Counted from the stretch's first letter, positions 8,882 to 19,306 are shown. The stretch is DNA of 64,000 nucleotides from Oceanispirochaeta sp. (GCA_963663385.2 CAXXXD010000003.1:736001-800000), one strand, 5' to 3'. Numbers and translations: made by a program. Notes: a model not told the origin generated them from the letters alone.

Positions 8882-10255
8882 ATGATGAATAATAATACGA
8901 AATATCGAATCGTTAGCCTTTTTAGTGGGTGCGGTGGCTTAGATATTCCTTTTTCAGAAGATAAATATGAATTTGCAGGAGCATATGATAATGATCCTGC
9001 TGCTATTAAATGTTTAAATCATAATCTACGATGCAATGCTAAAGTTCTAGATGTTTTAAGTGAGGACTTTACTCCAGAAATGAAGGCTGTTGGTTCCGCT
9101 GATATTGTACTTGGAGGATTTCCGTGTCAAGGTTTTTCAAAATCAGGTCCTAAAAAAGAGAATGATCCACGAAATAAATTATATAAGTCGATGCTAAATG
9201 CAGTTGATATTTTACAACCAAAAATATTCATTGCAGAAAATGTCGATGGCTTAGTTCAGAATTTCAAGGGATCTTTTGTAGAGCAAATAATAACAGATTT
9301 TAATGAAATCGGATATGATGTCGAGCATAGAATCCTAAATGCAGTAAATTATGGTGTTTCACAATATAGAAGAAGAATATTCTTTGTTGGTAAAAAAAAG
9401 GAATCAAATTCTAAATTTGATTGGCCTGAACCCAAACATGAAGGAAAAAGTAGGAATGGAGAATTCAAAACAAAATGGGATGTATTTGATCGCGATTCGT
9501 TGTTTTTTCAACATGAGATTCTACCTAGCAAAACAATAAAAGATAGTATTGAGGATTTATTAGATATAAAATCCAATATTCCTGATCATATACATTTACC
9601 AATTTCAGAGAAAGATGTTGAGATAATGAAAAATATTGGAGAAGGTAAGAAGTTATGCAATGTAAGATTTTCTAATACATCTGTATATACTTGGAACATA
9701 CCAAAAGTATTTGGAGAGATTTCTGAAAAAGAAAAAGCTATTTTGGAAATAATAGGTAAAAATCGCAGAAAAAAAATATATGGAAATATACCAAATGGTA
9801 ATCCATTATCGATTGAAGTTATTAAGGAATTATCTGGATTTGATATTTTACCAAATGAACTCAATTCTCTTATCGATAAAGGATATTTAAAATTAAAAAA
9901 TAATAAATATGACTTAAAAGGTGCAATGTTTGCTTCTGGAATATATAAAAGACCTAATTGGAATGAACCTTCACCAACTGTTCTTACTGTATTTGATAAT
10001 CCAAGGTTCTTTTTCCATCCATTAAAAAATAGACCATTCACAATCAGAGAAGCCGCTAGATTACAGTCTTTTCCTGATAGTTTTGAGTTTATTAATTCAG
10101 GTATTTCTATAAAGGATGCTTATAGATTAATTGGAAATGCTGTTCCTCCTTTACTTGCTTCTCATTTAGAAAAAGCTATTTTTAACTACTTAAATAAAGA
10201 AGGTTTTAATGAAACTAGAACTGAAAACATTAACATTAACAGAAAAGCTCAATGA
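8882..10255 (+). CDS. C5-cytosine DNA methyltransferase
   Basis: LFSGCGG, GFPCQGFS, ENV, QYRRR, REAARLQSFP, GNAVPP motifs. Confidence 0.95.
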   Translation: MMNNNTKYRIVSLFSGCGGLDIPFSEDKYEFAGAYDNDPAAIKCLNHNLRCNAKVLDVLSEDFTPEMKAVGSADIVLGGFPCQGFSKSGPKKENDPRNKLYKSMLNAVDILQPKIFIAENVDGLVQNFKGSFVEQIITDFNEIGYDVEHRILNAVNYGVSQYRRRIFFVGKKKESNSKFDWPEPKHEGKSRNGEFKTKWDVFDRDSLFFQHEILPSKTIKDSIEDLLDIKSNIPDHIHLPISEKDVEIMKNIGEGKKLCNVRFSNTSVYTWNIPKVFGEISEKEKAILEIIGKNRRKKIYGNIPNGNPLSIEVIKELSGFDILPNELNSLIDKGYLKLKNNKYDLKGAMFASGIYKRPNWNEPSPTVLTVFDNPRFFFHPLKNRPFTIREAARLQSFPDSFEFINSGISIKDAYRLIGNAVPPLLASHLEKAIFNYLNKEGFNETRTENININRKAQ

Positions 10256-11699
10256 ATTTGATTTTTGGATAACTTCCAGATTATCAGAAATTAAAGACTC
10301 AGAAAAATTTAAATCAGAGATTAATCAAATCATTAATGCCATAGAGGTTTTGGGAACTCGAACTTCTAATTTTGATAATATCGAGGATGTATCTCCTAAG
10401 AAAATATCAGAATCTATTATTTATCATGTAAAGGGTAAGACTGGAACAGAACAAGAAGTAGCAATCCTTGGACTAATCAGCTTTATTTTTATGGTTACCG
10501 GGAAATCAGATAATAACTGTAAATGTCAGTTTCCAGTATATTTGCACAAGCAATTAAATAAGGATTCTATTCCAAAGATAAACTCGAATTCCACAATCGA
10601 AAATATTCCTATTCCTAGAACTATAAATGATTCGAGAGTCGCAAAAATTGTTGCCTCATTAGATAAATCACCTTTAGAACAATATGATTTTTTGTCTTCA
10701 TATATTCATTTTCTACTGGAAGAAAAATCATACATAGATTCTTTGTGGTCATTAGGTAGAACATATTTCCAATTAAAAGAAATTGGCTACCAAGAAGCAT
10801 TTTTATTACCACTTGTTGTTTATAGAGTCAGGGGTTCTGTAAGTGCATCTGGAGGTCATGAACCTGAAGAAATATTACGGGATCGAATGATAGAATGGGG
10901 ATTAGTAAGAGAAACAGATTTTAATACTAATGATGTGATTGTTGGAGAAGTAGATAAAAAATCTAAAACAAGGGCTTATGATTTTGTCTTACCCTATAAG
11001 ATTGATAGTTGGAGCCAAAAAATATTTATTCAAAGTCAGTTTTATGCAGGTGATAGTGGAAGTGTAAGTCATAAAAATGTTGATCAAATAAGTACTTCAA
11101 GATCTCATGTCAAATCAAAAATTTCAGAACCTATCTTTTTGGAATATGTTGATGGTGCCGGATATTATAGCTCCTTAAATGGAGATTTAAAGAAAATTCT
11201 TGCTATGGATGATACAGAAGATTTTTTCCAAGTAAAGACATCAGTTGTAAAATTAAGATTCTACCTTCAAGAGATTGGTTTTATAACTCCCATGGAGATT
11301 TTTCATGGTATTCTACTTGGTAATAATCATGAAGAAAAATGTAAAAAATTCCTAGAATCGCAGGGTTATAGTGAATCTGAAATTGAAAGAAGCATTAGCA
11401 ATGCTATTTCTAGACATCTTATATCATATGATAATTCAATTCTATCAATTGCATCTGATAATATTAGGATTGCTAAAAAGTATTTCTTATTAGATGTTAT
11501 AGTAAATCATTCTAATGAAAAAAGTAAAAGAGATAAAGGATGTTTTTTTATACCAGGTAAAGGTAATCAGATGGGAATTTCTTTTACGGATCTAGGAAAG
11601 GCAATTCAGAACTATTCCTCAGATATATGGAAAGATCCCTCTGCTTTACTTGAAGATATTCAATTCCTAATAGATAAAGGGTTTGTGAGCTCTACATAG
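10209..11699 (+). CDS. Putative type II restriction endonuclease
   Basis: Overlaps the MTase in the same cassette; GHEPE...YDF...IQSQF...EYVDGAGY resembles a PD-(D/E)XK variant. Confidence 0.65.
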   Translation: MKLELKTLTLTEKLNEFDFWITSRLSEIKDSEKFKSEINQIINAIEVLGTRTSNFDNIEDVSPKKISESIIYHVKGKTGTEQEVAILGLISFIFMVTGKSDNNCKCQFPVYLHKQLNKDSIPKINSNSTIENIPIPRTINDSRVAKIVASLDKSPLEQYDFLSSYIHFLLEEKSYIDSLWSLGRTYFQLKEIGYQEAFLLPLVVYRVRGSVSASGGHEPEEILRDRMIEWGLVRETDFNTNDVIVGEVDKKSKTRAYDFVLPYKIDSWSQKIFIQSQFYAGDSGSVSHKNVDQISTSRSHVKSKISEPIFLEYVDGAGYYSSLNGDLKKILAMDDTEDFFQVKTSVVKLRFYLQEIGFITPMEIFHGILLGNNHEEKCKKFLESQGYSESEIERSISNAISRHLISYDNSILSIASDNIRIAKKYFLLDVIVNHSNEKSKRDKGCFFIPGKGNQMGISFTDLGKAIQNYSSDIWKDPSALLEDIQFLIDKGFVSST

Positions 11700-11959
11700 A
11701 AATCCGTATAAATCGGGTAGCCGGAGGCTTTTAACCTCCAGCCCCCACACCACCCTGCATGCGGGTCCGCACAGGGCGGTTCACTCCATGGAGCAAACGA
11801 AACTATAATTTGATCATGTGTAGCCCTGGATTTTACACCAGAGGGCCTTAATATTGATCAATCCTTGCTCTTCCAACCATTTATTGGACATAGCGGCATT
11901 GGTTGCATAGCCGTAAGCGGTAATTCTTCCCACATTGACAGCATTTTAGGACTGATGGA

Positions 11960-13522
11960 TCAGATTGCAATATCTTCAGCAGTTAAGTTATAGGGAAGTA
12001 ATTTTTCATAATCACTCTGTTTTTCACAGCAGGGCAATTCCCGGAAGATAAAGTACAAGTAAGCATAAACTGGAAGATTGTTCATCTTCGCAGATTCAAC
12101 GAGACTGTACAGAATTGCCGATGATTCAGCACCTTTCGGGCTTCCGGCAAAAAGCCAGTTTTTTCTCCCGATTACGAAGGGTCTGATTGCATTTTCAGCG
12201 CTATTGTTCGAAGGAGTCAAAACAGGATTTTTCAGATATAGAACCAACTGCTCCCAGTTGCTCAATGTATACTTCATCGCCTTACCGAACTCTAAAGAAG
12301 GAGGTACTTGAGGATAAAGCTTCGTCAGTTTTTTCTGTAACTTATCTAGTATCGGTTCTGCTCTATTTTGTCGCTGTTTATGAAACCCTTTTAGCGAATA
12401 ATTATCCCGTAATGATTCCAGTTCAAACAGATCCTTTATCAGGTCGAGAATTTGCTTTGCTTCTGCATCTTTTTTCTTGGTTGATTCCCAATATTGGAAG
12501 AACTTTCTTCTGGCATGGGCCCAGCATAAGACATGCTTTATATCTCCATCAACTTTTTTTCGGGCAGTATGGTAGGCCTCAAAATCATCAGTTTGAACCC
12601 AGCCAGAGTAATTTTCCAAGAAATCCAACGGAATTGCATGGGATCGGCCTTGCTCATACTGAAATATGACACATTTTTTATCGGGATCTCCTCTGAGAAA
12701 GACCCACATCCATGATTTATCTGAAGCTTTTCGTTTCGGTTCCTTTAGAACCTGAACTCTCGTCTCATCGGCATTAATAATGGAACCGGATTTAATGTTT
12801 TCTTTCAGCAAATCATATAGAGGCTTACATGCCGTTGCCGATTTTATCGTAAGATTGCTCAATGTCGCCCGGGGGATCGGTATGCCTATCTGGTTTAACC
12901 GTTTTGATTGCCTGTAGAAAGGAAGAGCGAACTCAAACTTTTCGCTTATACTCCAAGCGAGCAGGCTTTCATCGGCAATACTGCCCGCGACCAGATGCTT
13001 TGCTCCTTCTGCGGTCTGTACAGCAGCTTCATCAAGAGTCGTCCCTTCACAATTCTTGCAGGAGTACTTTTTTCTACGTTCCTGAATAACAACGACTTTT
13101 GACGGAATAATTTTTGCTCTCTCGGAAACATCTTCACCGATACAGGTCTTTTCTGTTCCGCAGGCACAGATCTTATCTTTATCCGGAATATCATATTCCA
13201 CGATCTCTCTCGGCAGATCTGCCGGCAGAGGTTTCCGGCCGGATTTTTTAATATTTTTCTTGTAGGAACCGACCTCAACCGTTTCAATAACATTTTTCTC
13301 CTGCTCTTCATCATTCTGAGCAAAAGCACTATCTTCCGCTTCATTGAAGAGAGAAGCTTGTTTCTTATCTTCGGCAGTTATCTTCTCTGATTTTGTTCCA
13401 AAGTGCAGGAGGTTCAGTTTTGCTACTTGCTCCTGGAGAATGGCATTAAGTCTTTTCAGTTCAGCAATTTCTATTTTTTGTGCATCAAGTTGTTCTCTTA
13501 AATGCTGTTCTTCATTCTCCAT
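11960..13522 (-). CDS. tnpC: IS66 transposase TnpC
   Basis: Coiled coil, CxC...CxxC finger, DDE core, GRKNWLF. Confidence 0.95.
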   Translation of the reverse strand: MENEEQHLREQLDAQKIEIAELKRLNAILQEQVAKLNLLHFGTKSEKITAEDKKQASLFNEAEDSAFAQNDEEQEKNVIETVEVGSYKKNIKKSGRKPLPADLPREIVEYDIPDKDKICACGTEKTCIGEDVSERAKIIPSKVVVIQERRKKYSCKNCEGTTLDEAAVQTAEGAKHLVAGSIADESLLAWSISEKFEFALPFYRQSKRLNQIGIPIPRATLSNLTIKSATACKPLYDLLKENIKSGSIINADETRVQVLKEPKRKASDKSWMWVFLRGDPDKKCVIFQYEQGRSHAIPLDFLENYSGWVQTDDFEAYHTARKKVDGDIKHVLCWAHARRKFFQYWESTKKKDAEAKQILDLIKDLFELESLRDNYSLKGFHKQRQNRAEPILDKLQKKLTKLYPQVPPSLEFGKAMKYTLSNWEQLVLYLKNPVLTPSNNSAENAIRPFVIGRKNWLFAGSPKGAESSAILYSLVESAKMNNLPVYAYLYFIFRELPCCEKQSDYEKLLPYNLTAEDIAI

Positions 13523-13561
13523 ACGGGGAATTCTATCAAAGTTTCTATAATTATAAAATCT

Positions 13562-13906
13562 CTAAATACGGGAATATGATAATTTTTTATGCGCTTTGAA
13601 AAAGTCTATTCCCGTCAGGAGCATTTTCAATTCATCCATGCTGATCTCTTTAGCATCTTCATCTGTTTCCGGCCAGGGATATCTGTTCTCTTCCAGTCTC
13701 TTCTGCCAGAGACAAAAACCGGTATTATCCCAGTAGACAATTTTCAGAAGTTTTCTCTGCCGGTTACAAAAGAGGAATAGCGATTTGGCGAATAAATCAT
13801 GATTCATTTCATTCTGGATAAACAGAGATAATCCGTTGATCGCTTTTCTTAAGTCTGTCGTGCCGGGTCTCAGAAAGATCCGGTATTCGTTCAGGTCAAC
13901 AAACAT
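13562..13906 (-). CDS. tnpB: IS66 accessory protein TnpB
   Basis: TDLRKAINGL, FLFCNR, KIVYWD.TGFCLWQKRLE. Confidence 0.95.
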   Translation of the reverse strand: MFVDLNEYRIFLRPGTTDLRKAINGLSLFIQNEMNHDLFAKSLFLFCNRQRKLLKIVYWDNTGFCLWQKRLEENRYPWPETDEDAKEISMDELKMLLTGIDFFKAHKKLSYSRI

Positions 13907-14202
13907 TACAACTCTCTCAGAATCTTCAGAAGATCTATCAGGGATTGCCTGTTATAACCTGATGCCAGATCCAATGAGAAATCCTTGTATCTGAGTATCA
14001 TTGTGGGGTTTTGTGGCTGTAATACCGGGGCTTTCTGTTTGATTTCAATAAAACTGCTTTTCTTTAATTTTTTTCGATTCTTGTAGAAAGATGTATAGTG
14101 AACTCCTTTATCTGCGCAGAACTCAGAAATTGTTTTCCCGCTCTGTTTTTGTTCTTCGATTAATTCAGGCCAATTCCAGTTGGTCATATTAGGTTCCTCC
14201 AT
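13906..14202 (-). CDS. tnpA: IS66 accessory protein TnpA
   Basis: W..LIEEQ..SG.TISEFC HTH; first gene of the IS66 operon. Confidence 0.85.
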   Translation of the reverse strand: MEEPNMTNWNWPELIEEQKQSGKTISEFCADKGVHYTSFYKNRKKLKKSSFIEIKQKAPVLQPQNPTMILRYKDFSLDLASGYNRQSLIDLLKILREL

Positions 14203-14459
14203 GATTTTTCATGGAGTATATAATCATTTCGAAATCACGCAAGATGGAGAGAATTACCGCTTACGCATAGCCTTTTGACAGATGCCAGTAGGACTTACTA
14301 CTTGCTCCTGTCATAATGGCAAAATCTTTCGGAATACCCAGCTCCATCAGTTTCCTGACTTTTGTTCTGGGGTAACGCCACTGTTTCCAGTAGCACATAC
14401 GGATTCTTCTTCGTAAGCGGTAATTCTTCCCACATTGACAGCATTTTAGGACTGATGGA

Positions 14460-16022
14460 TCAGATTGCAATATCTTCAGCAGTTAAGTTATAGGGAAGTA
14501 ATTTTTCATAATCACTCTGTTTTTCACAGCAGGGCAATTCCCGGAAGATAAAGTACAAGTAAGCATAAACTGGAAGATTGTTCATCTTCGCAGATTCAAC
14601 GAGACTGTACAGAATTGCCGATGATTCAGCACCTTTCGGGCTTCCGGCAAAAAGCCAGTTTTTTCTCCCGATTACGAAGGGTCTGATTGCATTTTCAGCG
14701 CTATTGTTCGAAGGAGTCAAAACAGGATTTTTCAGATATAGAACCAACTGCTCCCAGTTGCTCAATGTATACTTCATCGCCTTACCGAACTCTAAAGAAG
14801 GAGGTACTTGAGGATAAAGCTTCGTCAGTTTTTTCTGTAACTTATCTAGTATCGGTTCTGCTCTATTTTGTCGCTGTTTATGAAACCCTTTTAGCGAATA
14901 ATTATCCCGTAATGATTCCAGTTCAAACAGATCCTTTATCAGGTCGAGAATTTGCTTTGCTTCTGCATCTTTTTTCTTGGTTGATTCCCAATATTGGAAG
15001 AACTTTCTTCTGGCATGGGCCCAGCATAAGACATGCTTTATATCTCCATCAACTTTTTTTCGGGCAGTATGGTAGGCCTCAAAATCATCAGTTTGAACCC
15101 AGCCAGAGTAATTTTCCAAGAAATCCAACGGAATTGCATGGGATCGGCCTTGCTCATACTGAAATATGACACATTTTTTATCGGGATCTCCTCTGAGAAA
15201 GACCCACATCCATGATTTATCTGAAGCTTTTCGTTTCGGTTCCTTTAGAACCTGAACTCTCGTCTCATCGGCATTAATAATGGAACCGGATTTAATGTTT
15301 TCTTTCAGCAAATCATATAGAGGCTTACATGCCGTTGCCGATTTTATCGTAAGATTGCTCAATGTCGCCCGGGGGATCGGTATGCCTATCTGGTTTAACC
15401 GTTTTGATTGCCTGTAGAAAGGAAGAGCGAACTCAAACTTTTCGCTTATACTCCAAGCGAGCAGGCTTTCATCGGCAATACTGCCCGCGACCAGATGCTT
15501 TGCTCCTTCTGCGGTCTGTACAGCAGCTTCATCAAGAGTCGTCCCTTCACAATTCTTGCAGGAGTACTTTTTTCTACGTTCCTGAATAACAACGACTTTT
15601 GACGGAATAATTTTTGCTCTCTCGGAAACATCTTCACCGATACAGGTCTTTTCTGTTCCGCAGGCACAGATCTTATCTTTATCCGGAATATCATATTCCA
15701 CGATCTCTCTCGGCAGATCTGCCGGCAGAGGTTTCCGGCCGGATTTTTTAATATTTTTCTTGTAGGAACCGACCTCAACCGTTTCAATAACATTTTTCTC
15801 CTGCTCTTCATCATTCTGAGCAAAAGCACTATCTTCCGCTTCATTGAAGAGAGAAGCTTGTTTCTTATCTTCGGCAGTTATCTTCTCTGATTTTGTTCCA
15901 AAGTGCAGGAGGTTCAGTTTTGCTACTTGCTCCTGGAGAATGGCATTAAGTCTTTTCAGTTCAGCAATTTCTATTTTTTGTGCATCAAGTTGTTCTCTTA
16001 AATGCTGTTCTTCATTCTCCAT
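14460..16022 (-). CDS. tnpC: IS66 transposase TnpC
   Basis: Identical translation to 11960-13522. Confidence 0.95.
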   Translation of the reverse strand: MENEEQHLREQLDAQKIEIAELKRLNAILQEQVAKLNLLHFGTKSEKITAEDKKQASLFNEAEDSAFAQNDEEQEKNVIETVEVGSYKKNIKKSGRKPLPADLPREIVEYDIPDKDKICACGTEKTCIGEDVSERAKIIPSKVVVIQERRKKYSCKNCEGTTLDEAAVQTAEGAKHLVAGSIADESLLAWSISEKFEFALPFYRQSKRLNQIGIPIPRATLSNLTIKSATACKPLYDLLKENIKSGSIINADETRVQVLKEPKRKASDKSWMWVFLRGDPDKKCVIFQYEQGRSHAIPLDFLENYSGWVQTDDFEAYHTARKKVDGDIKHVLCWAHARRKFFQYWESTKKKDAEAKQILDLIKDLFELESLRDNYSLKGFHKQRQNRAEPILDKLQKKLTKLYPQVPPSLEFGKAMKYTLSNWEQLVLYLKNPVLTPSNNSAENAIRPFVIGRKNWLFAGSPKGAESSAILYSLVESAKMNNLPVYAYLYFIFRELPCCEKQSDYEKLLPYNLTAEDIAI

Positions 16023-16061
16023 ACGGGGAATTCTATCAAAGTTTCTATAATTATAAAATCT

Positions 16062-16406
16062 CTAAATACGGGAATATGATAATTTTTTATGCGCTTTGAA
16101 AAAGTCTATTCCCGTCAGGAGCATTTTCAATTCATCCATGCTGATCTCTTTAGCATCTTCATCTGTTTCCGGCCAGGGATATCTGTTCTCTTCCAGTCTC
16201 TTCTGCCAGAGACAAAAACCGGTATTATCCCAGTAGACAATTTTCAGAAGTTTTCTCTGCCGGTTACAAAAGAGGAATAGCGATTTGGCGAATAAATCAT
16301 GATTCATTTCATTCTGGATAAACAGAGATAATCCGTTGATCGCTTTTCTTAAGTCTGTCGTGCCGGGTCTCAGAAAGATCCGGTATTCGTTCAGGTCAAC
16401 AAACAT
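16062..16406 (-). CDS. tnpB: IS66 accessory protein TnpB
   Basis: Identical translation to 13562-13906. Confidence 0.95.
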   Translation of the reverse strand: MFVDLNEYRIFLRPGTTDLRKAINGLSLFIQNEMNHDLFAKSLFLFCNRQRKLLKIVYWDNTGFCLWQKRLEENRYPWPETDEDAKEISMDELKMLLTGIDFFKAHKKLSYSRI

Positions 16407-16702
16407 TACAACTCTCTCAGAATCTTCAGAAGATCTATCAGGGATTGCCTGTTATAACCTGATGCCAGATCCAATGAGAAATCCTTGTATCTGAGTATCA
16501 TTGTGGGGTTTTGTGGCTGTAATACCGGGGCTTTCTGTTTGATTTCAATAAAACTGCTTTTCTTTAATTTTTTTCGATTCTTGTAGAAAGATGTATAGTG
16601 AACTCCTTTATCTGCGCAGAACTCAGAAATTGTTTTCCCGCTCTGTTTTTGTTCTTCGATTAATTCAGGCCAATTCCAGTTGGTCATATTAGGTTCCTCC
16701 AT
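16406..16702 (-). CDS. tnpA: IS66 accessory protein TnpA
   Basis: Identical translation to 13906-14202. Confidence 0.85.
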   Translation of the reverse strand: MEEPNMTNWNWPELIEEQKQSGKTISEFCADKGVHYTSFYKNRKKLKKSSFIEIKQKAPVLQPQNPTMILRYKDFSLDLASGYNRQSLIDLLKILREL

Positions 16703-16764
16703 GATTTTTCATGGAGTATATAATCATTTCGAAATCACGCAAGATGGAGAGAATTACCGCTTAC

Positions 16765-19152
16765 ACTTTAAAAGAAGAATTAGACGAGTATATCCCACTT
16801 TATGACAGATTCAAGAAATATTTCGGTTATATGGACAAGGGATTTAAAGGTAAAAAGTATGAAATTTATGCCTATAATGGCGGGCTTTTTGCACCTGATG
16901 AGATTCTAGATAATATTTGTATCGATGATGAAATTCTCCATGAACATACTGTTAAGCTCAGTACTTATGATTTTGATACAGAAGTTGATGTAAATATTCT
17001 CGGGCATATTTTTGAACACTCATTAGGAGAAATCGAAAATGTACAAGCTCAAATCTTAGGCGAGAAAGTTGATAATCAAAAGACCAAACGTAAAAAAGAT
17101 GGCATCTTCTATACACCAAAATATATTACTAAATACATAGTTGAAAACACATTGGGCAAGTTTTGTGAGCAAAAGCGAAAAGAGCTTGACATTATTGACG
17201 AGGAATATGCTAAGGGTCGTAAGAATCGGAAGAAATCAACCATAATAGACTTAAATGATAAACTAAACATATATCGTGAATGGTTGTTGTCATTATCAAT
17301 ACTCGACCCAGCCTGTGGGTCTGGTGCATTTCTAAATCAGACTGTAGAATTCTTAATTGAAGAACATAAGAAAATTGACGAACTCCGTGCTCGAATGTAT
17401 GAAGATAGTTTGGTTTTTTCCGATATAACAACTGAAATCCTTGAAAAAAATATTTACGGTGTCGATTTAAATGAAGAATCAGTAGAAATTGCTAAACTGT
17501 CTCTTTGGTTACGTACAGCCGAAAAAGGGCGGAAACTAAATTCGCTCAGCAAAAATATTAAATGCGGAAATTCATTGATTGTGGATCCTAAAGTTGCAGG
17601 TGAAAAAGCATTTATCTGGGAAAACGAATTCCCTGAAATATTTGCGAATGGTGGGTTTGATGTGATTATTGGGAATCCGCCATATGTTCACCTTGAAAAA
17701 ATAAAAGAGACATCTGTTGCATTGAAAGATGCAAAATACGAAACTTACCATAGCCAGGGTGATATTTATTGTGTATTTGTAGAAAAAGGAATTGATATAT
17801 TAAAACAGAATGGGTTGATTTCTTATATTATGCCAAACAAGTGGTTGCAGGCAGGGTATGGAAGACCTCTCAGAGAGTATTTTCTTAAATACAAAATGTT
17901 AGAATTAATTGATTTCGGTGATATTCAAATATTTGAAGGAGCAACCACCTATCCTTGTATTTTTATTTCTCAAAAAGCAGAACCTCAAGAAGAAATTTCT
18001 ATTTCAGTATTAAAAGAATCAAATTCAATTGACTTTAAATTTAATGTAACCGAAACAGCTGAAATATTTGATGCAAAAACGTTTAGTGGTGATACTTGGG
18101 TAATAACCTCAAAAAAGGAAAAAGCGTTTTTAGAAACACTACAAAAAAAATATAATAAACTATCTGATTTTATAGATGGACAGGCTTTTTATGGGTTAAA
18201 AACAGGCTTGACTGAAGCTTTTTTAATTAATGAAGAAACAAAGCATAATATCATAAATAAAGATCAAAAAGCAAGTGAAAGAATTGAGCCATTTCTGCAA
18301 GGACGGGATATCATCAGATACAATACTGTAACACCATCAAGTCATTTAATTTTATTCGAAAAAGGTTTTACTAATGAACATATTAAGGATTCATCACAAG
18401 CTACAAGCTGGTTAAATTCAAAATATCCATCAATTGCAAGCTGGTTAGCTCCATTTGAAGAAAAAGGTAAGAAACGTACAGACAAAGGAGATTACTGGTG
18501 GGAACTACGGGCTTGCGATTATTATTCAGAATTTGCTAAGCCCAAAATAATGTATCAAAAATTTCAAGTAAAACCTTGCTTTATTTATGATGAGCAAGGA
18601 TTGTATTGTAATGATTCCATGTGGATTATACCAACAGAAAATAAAGCCCTTTTAGGTGTATTGAACTCAAAAATGGGGTGGTGGCTAATAACAAAATACT
18701 GTACACAAATACAAAATGGCTGCCAGTTAATTTGGAAATACTTCGGACAAATCCCTATACCTAATATTGATTCATCTGAATTAACTGAATTGGTGGAAAC
18801 AATGTTGGATAGAACTAGTGTTCATCAGGCTAGAACAAGATCGTTTCTTAAATATTTGTCTTCAAAGTTTAGTATAGAAAATTTTACTAAAAAACTTGAA
18901 AACTGGTCAGAATTAGATTTCTCAAACTTCTTAAAAGAACTGAATATAGGCATTAAAAAATCAGGTAGTAACAAACTCTCCAAGTCTGATGAAATGGAAT
19001 GGATGGAACTATTTGAAACAAAAAAAACTGAAGTTCAGGCATTAAAAACATTAATTGTAAATACAGATAATGAAATAAACAAATTGGTTTATGAATTGTA
19101 TGGTTTGAATGAAGAGGAGATAAAAATTGTTGAAGGTTCACATTCTTCATGA
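16765..19152 (+). pseudogene. 5'-truncated type IIG-like (Eco57I/TaqI-like) N6-adenine MTase-specificity protein
   Basis: GIFYTP, ILDPACGSGAFL, FDVIIGNPPY motifs and a C-terminal TRD; the first 18 codons of the ORF call are IS66 sequence. Confidence 0.8.
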
Positions 19153-19211
19153 CGGTTTATGGTAAAGAAGTCACCTAATTCATACATATGTACCGATGTG
19201 GGCCTTATTTA

Positions 19212-19306
19212 GTATCAAAGCCTTGCAACTGTCATGGCAAACTGTCACAGAAAATGCTTGGCATTTTCTGCGCCAATTCACCATGCAGCTGAAGGCGATG
19301 TTGAGA
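19212..19306 (+). other. attC site with damaged inverse core; near-copy of attC 4064-4160
   Basis: 19216-19302 matches 4070-4156 at 85 of 87 positions; GTATAAC reduced to GTATC. Confidence 0.85.

Larger units (their letters stand above)
11913..14264 (-). mobile_element. IS66-family element, copy 2 (2352 bp)
   Basis: 15-bp terminal IR GTAAGCGGTAATTCT; 8-bp TSD GCATAGCC at 11905-11912 and 14265-14272. Confidence 0.97.
11711..14412 (-). mobile_element. Group IIC-attC intron 3' remnant (domains V/VI plus maturase C-terminus), interrupted and truncated by IS66
   Basis: Minus strand DV GAACCGCCCTGTGCGGACCCGCATGCAGGGTGG, end CTACCCGAT(T); abuts inverse core CCGTATA(A); maturase text RRIRMCYWKQW...KGYA continues TNAAMSNKWLEEQGL...GYT* across IS66. 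Confidence 0.88.
11814..14412 (-). pseudogene. Group II intron RT/maturase C-terminal fragment (14412-14265 and 11912-11814)
   Basis: Reading frame is continuous once IS66 and one TSD copy are removed; RT core is missing. Confidence 0.85.
14413..16764 (-). mobile_element. IS66-family element, copy 3 (2352 bp), without matching TSD
   Basis: Same sequence as copy 2, offset 2500 bp; flanks TCTTCTTC and ACTTTAAA differ. Confidence 0.97.

Noticed and set aside
14261..14470. 69-aa ORF as an independent gene
   Set aside because: Chimera of the IS66 end and an intron maturase fragment
16711..19152. Intact 813-aa RM gene
   Set aside because: Start codon and first 18 codons are IS66 sequence; the native N-terminus is missing
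4064..19306. Repeated ~90-bp palindromic elements as a CRISPR array
   Set aside because: They are separated by whole genes, have attC architecture, and no cas genes or regular spacers are present
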